Below are positions 1 to 7,728 of a DNA stretch of 64,000 nt, piece by piece. The notes beneath the pieces were generated by a model, which had not been told where the DNA came from, did not search any database, and was given only the letters and a program-made list of their open reading frames with translations. The translations under genes and the position numbers were made by a program. This DNA is from a virus, in the IMG/VR virus record IMGVR_UViG_3300030329_004481; one strand, written 5' to 3'. How positions within the stretch are numbered: position 1 is the stretch's first letter; each line of letters starts with the position of its first letter.

Positions 1-49
1 CAATTACATTGTCTCTTTGCTTATAATATTTAAGACTCGGCGTTGCCAT
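1..49 (-). CDS. partial ORF running off the left edge (MATPSLKYYKQRDNVI...), possibly a dUTPase N-terminus
   Basis: ATG at 49 preceded by AAGGAG RBS (ctcctt 55-60); only 16 codons visible. Confidence 0.35.
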   Translation of the reverse strand, partial: MATPSLKYYKQRDNVI

Positions 50-452
50 TATCACTCCTTCTTTTATTTCCAATATTATATTTTGGAGTTAACTCCCATT
101 CATCTTTTTCTTTGAAAGAAAGAATTTTTAATTGATTTAATGCAACCTTCTCTTGTATTCTTGTTTCATCAATGATATTTAACAAACCCCAATCTGATAA
201 CAATCCAACGATTGTGTTTCTTCTTGCTTTATCATTGTCTGAAAAATTAGAAGGTTTACCATCTAAAGCAAACAATTCTTTAAAATGAACTATATAATAT
301 TTTCCTTGTTTATGAAGGATGTGACAAGACTGATATAAGACTTTTTCTTTTTTTGAAGGGATGCCGATTCTGGTAAGTGTTTCCTTTATCTTCAAGAAAT
401 CATCAGAACCTTTCAACTCAACTTCAATTAAATCATCGACTACATTAAACAT
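30..452 (-). CDS. regA: RegA translational repressor
   Basis: DDFLKIKETLTRIGI, LYQSCHILHKQGKYYIVHFKELFALDG; T4 synteny after gp62. Confidence 0.96.
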   Translation of the reverse strand: MFNVVDDLIEVELKGSDDFLKIKETLTRIGIPSKKEKVLYQSCHILHKQGKYYIVHFKELFALDGKPSNFSDNDKARRNTIVGLLSDWGLLNIIDETRIQEKVALNQLKILSFKEKDEWELTPKYNIGNKRRSDNGNAES

Positions 453-484
453 AATACCTCCAATAGTAAATTATATATTTAAAA

Positions 485-492
485 TATTTATA
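485..492 (-). promoter_or_regulatory. T4-type late promoter TATAAATA upstream of regA
   Basis: exact TATAAATA on the minus strand in the intergenic gap. Confidence 0.55.
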
Positions 493-494
493 AT

Positions 495-890
495 TTACTT
501 ACTTTTGGAAGTACCACCCCTTTCAAATGATTTTTTTATTGTTTCAAAATCTTCATCAGAAATAATGTCTAAAACATCCTTCGCCTTTTGGTTTGAATAA
601 TTAAAATACTGTTTTAAAATTTCAAGCTTATCTTCTTTCAAAGACTTATGCCACTTGGAGAACCTTTTCTTTGGACGAATCGAATGTAGAAGATAATCAT
701 TCTGCATCTTTTTATCCAAGTCATGTCTCAAATTCATTTCATTAGCATAGAGAACTGTATCAGCAAAGTATCCCAACCCTCTATTAATAATGAAAGGATT
801 GTATTCTTTTTCAAGAATACCTTTATCATCATCCTTGAGAAGATTTTTCTTCCCAAAGTTTATATCATTTATAAAATCAAACGGCGACAT
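495..890 (-). CDS. gp62: clamp loader small subunit gp62
   Basis: MSPFDFINDIN, YNPFIINRGL, RPKKRFSKW; synteny. Confidence 0.93.
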   Translation of the reverse strand: MSPFDFINDINFGKKNLLKDDDKGILEKEYNPFIINRGLGYFADTVLYANEMNLRHDLDKKMQNDYLLHSIRPKKRFSKWHKSLKEDKLEILKQYFNYSNQKAKDVLDIISDEDFETIKKSFERGGTSKSK

Positions 891-2229
891 AGTATTCTAT
901 TTGTCCATCCCATTCTAATTCAACTGATGGGTGATTTCTAAGATATTGTCTATAAGGTGAAAAGTCAATACCAACTCCCCAACCTATAAACTTCATGATT
1001 TCATTCTTACTTACTTTACCATGTCTATCTATAAATGTCAAGATTTTTTTAACTGATTGACTTCTATCAGTAACAGATTTTAGTTCACCAATTGCTTTAT
1101 CAATCATTTTATTGTGTGTTTTAATTCTATTAGACCACGCCATATTATGCTTTACATGATATAATGTTTCTTCTGCATATTGATTTCTATAGTCAACATC
1201 TGTCAAGTAACGATCCATCAAATCTACTAATTGATCTTCATTATAAAATTTACCACATTCAGCACCCAACTCACTAAACAATTCTCTATTCTCATCACTA
1301 CTCTGATACAAATATGGTAGGCCTTGAATCATACCATCTTGTGCAGAAATTGCCCAACGGTTTCCACATAGAACACCAAAAGAACATCTATGTAATTTTT
1401 CATAATATTCTTTTTTAGAATCGACTCCTTCTATATCAAAGTAATCTTCATCTTTCTTATCTGCTAGTGAACACCAAACTGTAAAGTCTTGTCTTTTTTC
1501 TCTAAGTTTTCTAATAGCACTTAGAAACATTGGATAGTTTCTATATGCTTGTGGTCTATGATTAAATACAATTACCTTTTCTGGTTCTCTACATATATCA
1601 TCAGAGATATCTGATTCATTAACACCAATATATTGTGCAGTCATAATTGATTTTAATTTATTTAATGTTTCTGTATTAAAATAAGTTTCTGCTTCATTTA
1701 AAATGTTGCCAATTTGTGTTTCAGTATTTAATCCACAAGAAGACATTTCCAAAGTTCCCATCATATTATATGGAAAATAAGTTTTTGCATACTTAGCAAA
1801 TTCTTTTGTTTCAGTCCAATGACAATATCCAACAATTGGAATCTTACCAAAGTGAGTAGCATTTGCTAAGAAGTTTGAAATATTAACTGTCCATTCTGGT
1901 AAATGAGAATATACAAAATCAAAGTCTTTATGTTTCCAATTTACAATTCTAGACCATGCACTATAGTCAAAATGACCACGCATTGAGTTTGGATATGTTG
2001 GTAATTCAAGTTGGTATTGTTTCACATTAGGAAGATTCAATAAACTAGAATAAGAAGTCAATGGTACATGCCAAATTAAATCATCTCTTATTTTACCAAT
2101 TTCTCTTACTATATCAGAAAAAAATTTTACAAAAGAATCTTTATCAATATGTTTTTGATAAGTTATATTTGGAACTACCAAAACTTGATAACAATTCTTT
2201 TTAACTTCTACATCATAAAAAAGACTCAT
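877..2229 (-). CDS. GT-B (GT4-like) glycosyltransferase
   Basis: two-domain size; VIVFNHRP and EYYEKL...AISAQDGMIQGLPYL resemble the GT4 nucleotide-sugar domain. Confidence 0.65.
   Translation of the reverse strand: MSLFYDVEVKKNCYQVLVVPNITYQKHIDKDSFVKFFSDIVREIGKIRDDLIWHVPLTSYSSLLNLPNVKQYQLELPTYPNSMRGHFDYSAWSRIVNWKHKDFDFVYSHLPEWTVNISNFLANATHFGKIPIVGYCHWTETKEFAKYAKTYFPYNMMGTLEMSSCGLNTETQIGNILNEAETYFNTETLNKLKSIMTAQYIGVNESDISDDICREPEKVIVFNHRPQAYRNYPMFLSAIRKLREKRQDFTVWCSLADKKDEDYFDIEGVDSKKEYYEKLHRCSFGVLCGNRWAISAQDGMIQGLPYLYQSSDENRELFSELGAECGKFYNEDQLVDLMDRYLTDVDYRNQYAEETLYHVKHNMAWSNRIKTHNKMIDKAIGELKSVTDRSQSVKKILTFIDRHGKVSKNEIMKFIGWGVGIDFSPYRQYLRNHPSVELEWDGQIEYYVAV
1013..1041 (-). promoter_or_regulatory. 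sigma70-type promoter inside the 3' end of the GT gene, directed at gp62/regA
   Basis: A-tract, TTGACA, 17 nt, TAAAGT with TG extension. Confidence 0.5.
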
Positions 2230-3386
2230 CTTATTATATCAATTTTATCAATATTATCTACACTCCAAAATTCTAGATCTTTTCTCAATCTACCATCTGC
2301 TCTAACAGACTCCCATCTTCTTTGTGCTTTGTTTTTCCACCACTTAACAATGTTATCAAAATAATAATTGTCAAAGTTTGATTTCTTTTCTAGTTTATCA
2401 GTCTCACCAAAAATATATTCCTTTGTATTAGCAAAACCATAATCAGAAACATAGTATCTTTTTTGTGTAGTGATAGCCATCTTTTCTTTTATGATTCCCA
2501 TTAAAGCATTGTATTTTTGCATATCATGAGTTTTTAGATTTTCTTTGAGAATGGAAAGAATTTTTGCTTGAGTTCTAAACTTTCTGCTTGTAGGTATCTC
2601 TTGATCATCTGGAACAAGTGGACCACCATTTCTTTCTTCAAGATTTAAACGAATCTTTTTATAAATCTCATCTGATAAATTTAAAAGTAATTTGCTATCA
2701 GTATCACCTTTATATCTGATGTAAGGTTTTAAACCATCATACTGACTTGTTCCTTTTATAGATCCATACAAAGATGTTGTTTCAAAAAACAATGCTTCCA
2801 TTTGATCATATTTGTTATTTACATATTCCCTAAGTTCATGACAAACACAAATAAGAGCAATTAATTTTCCACCAAGACAATTAAATCCAAATGGTTGTGA
2901 AGGAACAATATTAAATCCATTTACAAAATGTTTATTAGCAAGTTTTAATGGAGTCTGTTTAACATTGAAAAATACATTTCTTGGTTTGATATTAATAACG
3001 GGAGAACCCAATTTAATAAAACCAACATACTTGCCAGTTGTCTTTTCTTTAATTCCAAAGCGTGAAGACCTGCCGGGGGAATTATCTGCGTTGAATGATG
3101 CTGTTAATTCCAAAAGTGTTGTATAATCTTTTGTCAACATTTTTCCCTCGGCAGGTTTATCTGAAGTATGGATAATTTCAAATTCCATATCTTCAGGAGC
3201 TAGGTCTGGGTTGTCAAACAAATCACCCTCTGGACCTAACCCAAATAGCGAAAGAGAACTTGGTAGCTCTTCCATTCTCTTACGCTTCTTATATCTATAG
3301 TACGCTTCTATGTCAGCAAATTCATCATAGAAACCAACATAATCATTATAGATACTTATTGTTTCTTCTTTACTTAAAGCTAGCAT
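2226..3386 (-). CDS. DruA/DUF4338-like protein (possible GNAT-related fold)
   Basis: VPSQPFGFNCLGGKLIALIC and ETTSLYGS...SQYDGL resemble the DUF4338 GGKL and TTSLYG...SQY motifs. Confidence 0.6.
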   Translation of the reverse strand: MLALSKEETISIYNDYVGFYDEFADIEAYYRYKKRKRMEELPSSLSLFGLGPEGDLFDNPDLAPEDMEFEIIHTSDKPAEGKMLTKDYTTLLELTASFNADNSPGRSSRFGIKEKTTGKYVGFIKLGSPVINIKPRNVFFNVKQTPLKLANKHFVNGFNIVPSQPFGFNCLGGKLIALICVCHELREYVNNKYDQMEALFFETTSLYGSIKGTSQYDGLKPYIRYKGDTDSKLLLNLSDEIYKKIRLNLEERNGGPLVPDDQEIPTSRKFRTQAKILSILKENLKTHDMQKYNALMGIIKEKMAITTQKRYYVSDYGFANTKEYIFGETDKLEKKSNFDNYYFDNIVKWWKNKAQRRWESVRADGRLRKDLEFWSVDNIDKIDIIR

Positions 3387-4308
3387 CAGCCATAATCTCT
3401 GTTAAACAAGCGGCCATGTTAAGTTCTTGATCTGCAACAAATGCCGCTTTATATTGATAATCTGCAAGTGTAATAATAACTTGAGGAATTGAATTTTCTT
3501 GTACTTTAGTATTTAGCGCTTCATATAACTTTTTAAATATTTTTGTGGAATCATTATCTAAATTTTCAGCGACCCACTTTCTCATATCATTGAACTTTTT
3601 ATCTTTGAGAAGATCCATTAATTCTTCAATAGATTTATCAGAAATATTTGCAAGGATACCCGAATCAATTTCACCAGAAACACTATACCTTTGAAGTTCA
3701 TTCAAACATCTTCTAAAGTCTGGAAAATATTTATTGACTAGTTCAACAAGAACTTGTTGATTATACTTCACTCCTTCTTCTTCAAGAATGGTACATATTC
3801 TTTTGAAGAAAGAAGAAGCGATTGTTGGGGAATCTTTCTTAGCAATTTTATAATCAACAACCGCACATCTAGAATGAATTGGATCAATGATTCTATTTTT
3901 AAAATTACAAGTAAAGATAAAGGAACAATTGGAAGAAAACCTTTCAATAAAACCACGCATAGCAGGTTGTGTGGATGAAGGATTTAAATAATCAGCTTCA
4001 TCTATGATAACAACTTTTCTACCACCTGTCATAGAAACAGATGAACAATATTGATCTAATTTAGATCTCAAAAGATCAATACCAGATTCTTCAGAACCAT
4101 TTATAATGATGTAATCTGAATTAGTTTCTTTACAAAGTGCAACCGCAGATGTAGTCTTACCAATACCTGCTCCACCAGAAAGTAAAAGATTTGGAACATG
4201 ATTTTTGTCTACAAATTCTTGTAGAGAATCTTTAATAGTATTTGGAAGGATACAATCTTGAATTGTTTGTGGTCTATACTTTTCTACCCAAAGGATGTCT
4301 TTATTCAT
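3370..4308 (-). CDS. gp44: clamp loader ATPase subunit gp44
   Basis: LWVEKYRP, Walker A GGAGIGKTT, IIDEAD, SRC motif. Confidence 0.96.
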   Translation of the reverse strand: MNKDILWVEKYRPQTIQDCILPNTIKDSLQEFVDKNHVPNLLLSGGAGIGKTTSAVALCKETNSDYIIINGSEESGIDLLRSKLDQYCSSVSMTGGRKVVIIDEADYLNPSSTQPAMRGFIERFSSNCSFIFTCNFKNRIIDPIHSRCAVVDYKIAKKDSPTIASSFFKRICTILEEEGVKYNQQVLVELVNKYFPDFRRCLNELQRYSVSGEIDSGILANISDKSIEELMDLLKDKKFNDMRKWVAENLDNDSTKIFKKLYEALNTKVQENSIPQVIITLADYQYKAAFVADQELNMAACLTEIMADASFK

Positions 4309-4475
4309 GCTCCTATTTTTGTTTCAGTTATTTCAATAAATTCTAACGCAGGATTATTTTTTACAATTTTAGCTTCAGCATTAACTTCTTTTTTTGTTTT
4401 AAAGATTCTTGTCAATCTCATTGAAGAATTCTTTCTCTTAAATACTAAGTTATAATGCTTAACTTGTTTAGCCAT
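4305..4475 (-). CDS. small basic hypothetical protein, 56 aa (MAKQVKHYNLVFKRK...TKIGA); not in the ORF track
   Basis: AGGAGG RBS upstream; stop overlaps the gp44 start (ATGA). Confidence 0.7.
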   Translation of the reverse strand: MAKQVKHYNLVFKRKNSSMRLTRIFKTKKEVNAEAKIVKNNPALEFIEITETKIGA

Positions 4476-4486
4476 ACAACCTCCTA

Positions 4487-5149
4487 TTAACTATAGCTTG
4501 AAGATGATTCTGTTGCAATCCAATACTCAACACCAACACCTTTTGATTTAAAGTGTGCAATACCTCTGGATGAGATTTGAACATCATAATCATCTCTCAT
4601 TAATTTTAAGTTTTCATGTTTGAAAACAACTTTAAAGTTTTTGTCAGTATCACCAACTTCAATACCAACTTCATCTGTAGATGAATTATTAACATCCATT
4701 ACAGTTAGTTCCATTTTAGATCCATTACCAACAACTCCAATTTCTGGAAGATGTAGAACTGCTGCCGCTCTGAGCAAAGAATCTAAATCTGATTGTGTCA
4801 ACTCAAAAGCAATATCTGCTTGAGGAAACTCAATATCTTTCTCAGGTGGAGAAACAAACATACTTGGATCAGCATAAACATACTTAACTCTTTTCTTACC
4901 CTCAATCATTTTTACATGATTACCATTAAACTCAAATGTAGGTTTATTGAACATTGACAAAGTTCCAAGGAATTTGTTAAGTTCATACACCGCAAAGTCT
5001 TGAGGAAAGTTTTCTTTGACAGTCGCCCTCGCCAAAATATTTTTTTGCGGAGATACTGTTTTTAATTCTTGACCTGTTTTAAAAGCCAAGGATTGATTGA
5101 TCTCTGAAAAGTTTTTCAGAATGTCTTGTGTTTCTTTAGATAGTTCCAT
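4487..5149 (-). CDS. gp45: sliding clamp gp45
   Basis: MELSKETQDILKNFSEINQS, YWIATE C-terminus; synteny. Confidence 0.95.
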   Translation of the reverse strand: MELSKETQDILKNFSEINQSLAFKTGQELKTVSPQKNILARATVKENFPQDFAVYELNKFLGTLSMFNKPTFEFNGNHVKMIEGKKRVKYVYADPSMFVSPPEKDIEFPQADIAFELTQSDLDSLLRAAAVLHLPEIGVVGNGSKMELTVMDVNNSSTDEVGIEVGDTDKNFKVVFKHENLKLMRDDYDVQISSRGIAHFKSKGVGVEYWIATESSSSYS

Positions 5150-5159
5150 ATTTCACCTT

Positions 5160-5498
5160 TTAGAATGGATTTTCAATTGTCTTTAATTTAATTGTATCAT
5201 CTGTTTCTTCATTTGTCAAGTTTTTTTCTTCACCTTGCATGAACGCATAATAATACATCAGAACAACATAATGTAATGTCTTAAAAAGATCCTTTTTATT
5301 CTTACCTTCTTTTTTTCCAAATCTAACAAGATATTTTAATGCCGCACCACGACAAAATTCTTCCGCAATTCCTATATGAGAAAACAAATCTTGTATTTGA
5401 AAATCTTCTGCATTTTTTTCACTAACATAATGTGCAGAATAAGTTGAACTTATATAATCTTCTAAAAGACCTATAATTTCTTTTTCCTTATATTTCAC
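5160..5498 (-). CDS. DUF3310 (SaV-like) protein
   Basis: HY...FCRGAALKYLVRFGKKEG..KDLFK. Confidence 0.75.
   Translation of the reverse strand: MKYKEKEIIGLLEDYISSTYSAHYVSEKNAEDFQIQDLFSHIGIAEEFCRGAALKYLVRFGKKEGKNKKDLFKTLHYVVLMYYYAFMQGEEKNLTNEETDDTIKLKTIENPF
5191..5219 (-). promoter_or_regulatory. sigma70-type early/middle promoter for gp45
   Basis: AAAAAAC-TTGACA, 17 nt, TACAAT. Confidence 0.7.
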
Positions 5499-6418
5499 TT
5501 TATCCTTCTAGATTTCTTCTTCTTTAATTCTTCTTCACGTTTTTCTTTGAATGGACGTGTTTCCAAATCCATACCATGAGAAGCATATTGTAATTGACCA
5601 AGATCTTTCATGTTACCATTGAAAACAAAATGACCAACATGCTGAATAACCATCCAAGGACATAACCAAACACTCAATCCCATCTTTCTAACCAATTGAC
5701 AAAACATATAATCTTCAGAAAGATAGCGGTCAGAATTATTTGACGCACCTTCACCCATCCATACATCATTGTCTATGATAGTATCAAAATAAGCATGAAT
5801 ATATCTATCACCTTTGAAATGTTCTGTTCTATTATGATCTGGTTTATATGAATATTTTGGATATGTTTCTTTAAATTTTTCAAAAACAGATCTATGTATC
5901 ATCATAAATCCAGTTCCTGTTTCTAATACATCAACAGGTTCAATTAATGAAATTCTACTATTACCTCCTGTTGGATTAAAAACAAAATCACCTGTATATT
6001 TTTCTAAATCTAACGGACTATTATCACCCAAACCTGCATCAACCGCATTCCTTACCTTTTCCCAAGCAATAGTTTTCTTTGGATAAGGACCACCGATAAC
6101 TGGATGTTTATCTTTATCACATAATGCAGCAAGAGAAATTAAGTCATTCGGATCCCAAGATATATCAGAATCAACAAACATCAAATGAGTATATTGTTCT
6201 GCTCTTAAAAATTCATCAACTAAATAATTTCTTGCTCTTGTTATAAGAGACTCATTAAACAAATAAAAGAATTTAAGATCTATACCATACCTTGCAGCAA
6301 GAGTTGTAGTGTCAATTGCAGATCTAGTGTACATACCAGAACACATGCCACCATACATTGGAGTTGCAACAAATATATGTTTTTGTCTTAATTCTTCAAC
6401 AGATATTTTAATTTCCAT
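5495..6418 (-). CDS. GT-A fold glycosyltransferase
   Basis: IFVATPMYGG, SLITRARN, DxD in FVDSD, GTGFMMI, LSEDYMFC. Confidence 0.8.
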   Translation of the reverse strand: MEIKISVEELRQKHIFVATPMYGGMCSGMYTRSAIDTTTLAARYGIDLKFFYLFNESLITRARNYLVDEFLRAEQYTHLMFVDSDISWDPNDLISLAALCDKDKHPVIGGPYPKKTIAWEKVRNAVDAGLGDNSPLDLEKYTGDFVFNPTGGNSRISLIEPVDVLETGTGFMMIHRSVFEKFKETYPKYSYKPDHNRTEHFKGDRYIHAYFDTIIDNDVWMGEGASNNSDRYLSEDYMFCQLVRKMGLSVWLCPWMVIQHVGHFVFNGNMKDLGQLQYASHGMDLETRPFKEKREEELKKKKSRRIK

Positions 6419-6441
6419 AGGCTTACCTTCACGAGAGCATT

Positions 6442-6470
6442 AAAAAAGTGATGGGGAAATACCCATCACT
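6442..6470 (-). terminator. intrinsic terminator after the cobS-like gene
   Basis: AGTGATGGG/CCCATCACT stem followed by a T-run on the minus strand. Confidence 0.75.
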
Positions 6471-6477
6471 CTATTTA

Positions 6478-7656
6478 TTAGAATGGATTAAGATCAGAAT
6501 CTTCTGTTAATTCAGGTTCTTCTTGTTTCACTTCTTCAGGTTTGTCATTCACATCTGCATCAACTTTAGTATACAGATCTTTAAATGAAGTTTTAGTTTC
6601 TTCATCAAACCTATTGATACACAATTCAATTGCTTGAAGTCTATCACCAAAGATAGAATACGCTTTACAAATATGAGCCAAGCGTCTTGTAGCAATAATT
6701 TCATCCACGCCACCATCATAAAAAGTTTTGCGAATAATATCAGACCATGAAACAAGTTTTGCTGCAAAGTCTGGATCTGGACATCCAAGCGAATCCAAGA
6801 GCTTTGTAACAATATTTTTTTCAACCGCAACAGAAGGATATTCTTGTTCAATGGTAATTGGAAATCTTTCAAGGAAAGCTTCATTCATAATATTTGTACC
6901 AATGAATCTACCATCTTCACTACCTTTACCTTTAGTATTAGCAGTTGCTACAACATTAAAACCATGACTAGGTTCAACCCAACGATTTACTTTTTTCAAG
7001 TAAACACCCTTACCTTCAAGTACAGGTTGTAAACAAGCAATTTTCATAGTTGCATAATCAATCTCATCTAAAAGAAGAAGTGCACCACGCTCCATAGCTT
7101 TTACAACTGGACCATCTTCCCAAATGGTTTGACCATCAACTAAAGTATAATGACCTAACAGATCATCTTCGTCAGTTTCAGCAGTAATATTAATTCTGAA
7201 AAGTTCTCTTTTCAGTTCTGCAGCAACTTGCTCAACCATCATGGTTTTACCATTACCAGAAAGTCCTTGAATCCACACAGGATAAAATTGTCCAGATTTG
7301 ACAATTCTAGCAAGGTTTTTATAGAAACCAAACTTGACATAGTTTGGATCTTTTGAAGGAACATATACAGGAGTTGTATCAACAACAGGAACAGGATTTT
7401 TAATCATAGGTTGTTCCAATGAAACTTCAGGATTAATAGGTACAACTTGAGCAACCATTTGTGGTCCATCAAATGCAGGAATCTGGAATTGATTTCTAGC
7501 AACACGAAACTTTGGATTGACAAACCAAGTCGCAGTCTTGCGACCCATTTCACTTGCCAACTCCAAGGCTTCTGTTTTTGAGATAATAGAGCGACCAAAT
7601 CGCTCTTGAGCTTTGTTGAAAAAATCAATTTGATAGTCTTTGAATTTAGTCATCAT
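6478..7656 (-). CDS. cobS: CobS-like / MoxR-family AAA+ ATPase
   Basis: GLSGNGKT, LLLDEID, ATANTKGKGSEDGRF, NEAFLERF. Confidence 0.88.
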   Translation of the reverse strand: MMTKFKDYQIDFFNKAQERFGRSIISKTEALELASEMGRKTATWFVNPKFRVARNQFQIPAFDGPQMVAQVVPINPEVSLEQPMIKNPVPVVDTTPVYVPSKDPNYVKFGFYKNLARIVKSGQFYPVWIQGLSGNGKTMMVEQVAAELKRELFRINITAETDEDDLLGHYTLVDGQTIWEDGPVVKAMERGALLLLDEIDYATMKIACLQPVLEGKGVYLKKVNRWVEPSHGFNVVATANTKGKGSEDGRFIGTNIMNEAFLERFPITIEQEYPSVAVEKNIVTKLLDSLGCPDPDFAAKLVSWSDIIRKTFYDGGVDEIIATRRLAHICKAYSIFGDRLQAIELCINRFDEETKTSFKDLYTKVDADVNDKPEEVKQEEPELTEDSDLNPF

Positions 7657-7694
7657 ATTTCATTGGATGAAGGTTAATCAATCATTGTATATAC

Positions 7695-7723
7695 AGGATA
7701 CCACAGGGAAACGTCAATGTCAA
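7695..7723 (-). promoter_or_regulatory. sigma70-type early promoter
   Basis: AAAAAAC-TTGACA, 17 nt, TATCCT with TGTGG extension. Confidence 0.8.
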
Positions 7724-7728
7724 GTTTT

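Noticed and set aside
2226-3386. Complete Druantia defence system
   Set aside because: No DruE helicase or other dru genes are nearby; only a single DruA-like gene in a replication operon.
6478-7656. Cobalamin biosynthesis role for cobS, linked to the B12 radical SAM enzymes
   Set aside because: No cobN or other cob genes are present; phage CobS-like proteins are generic MoxR ATPases.
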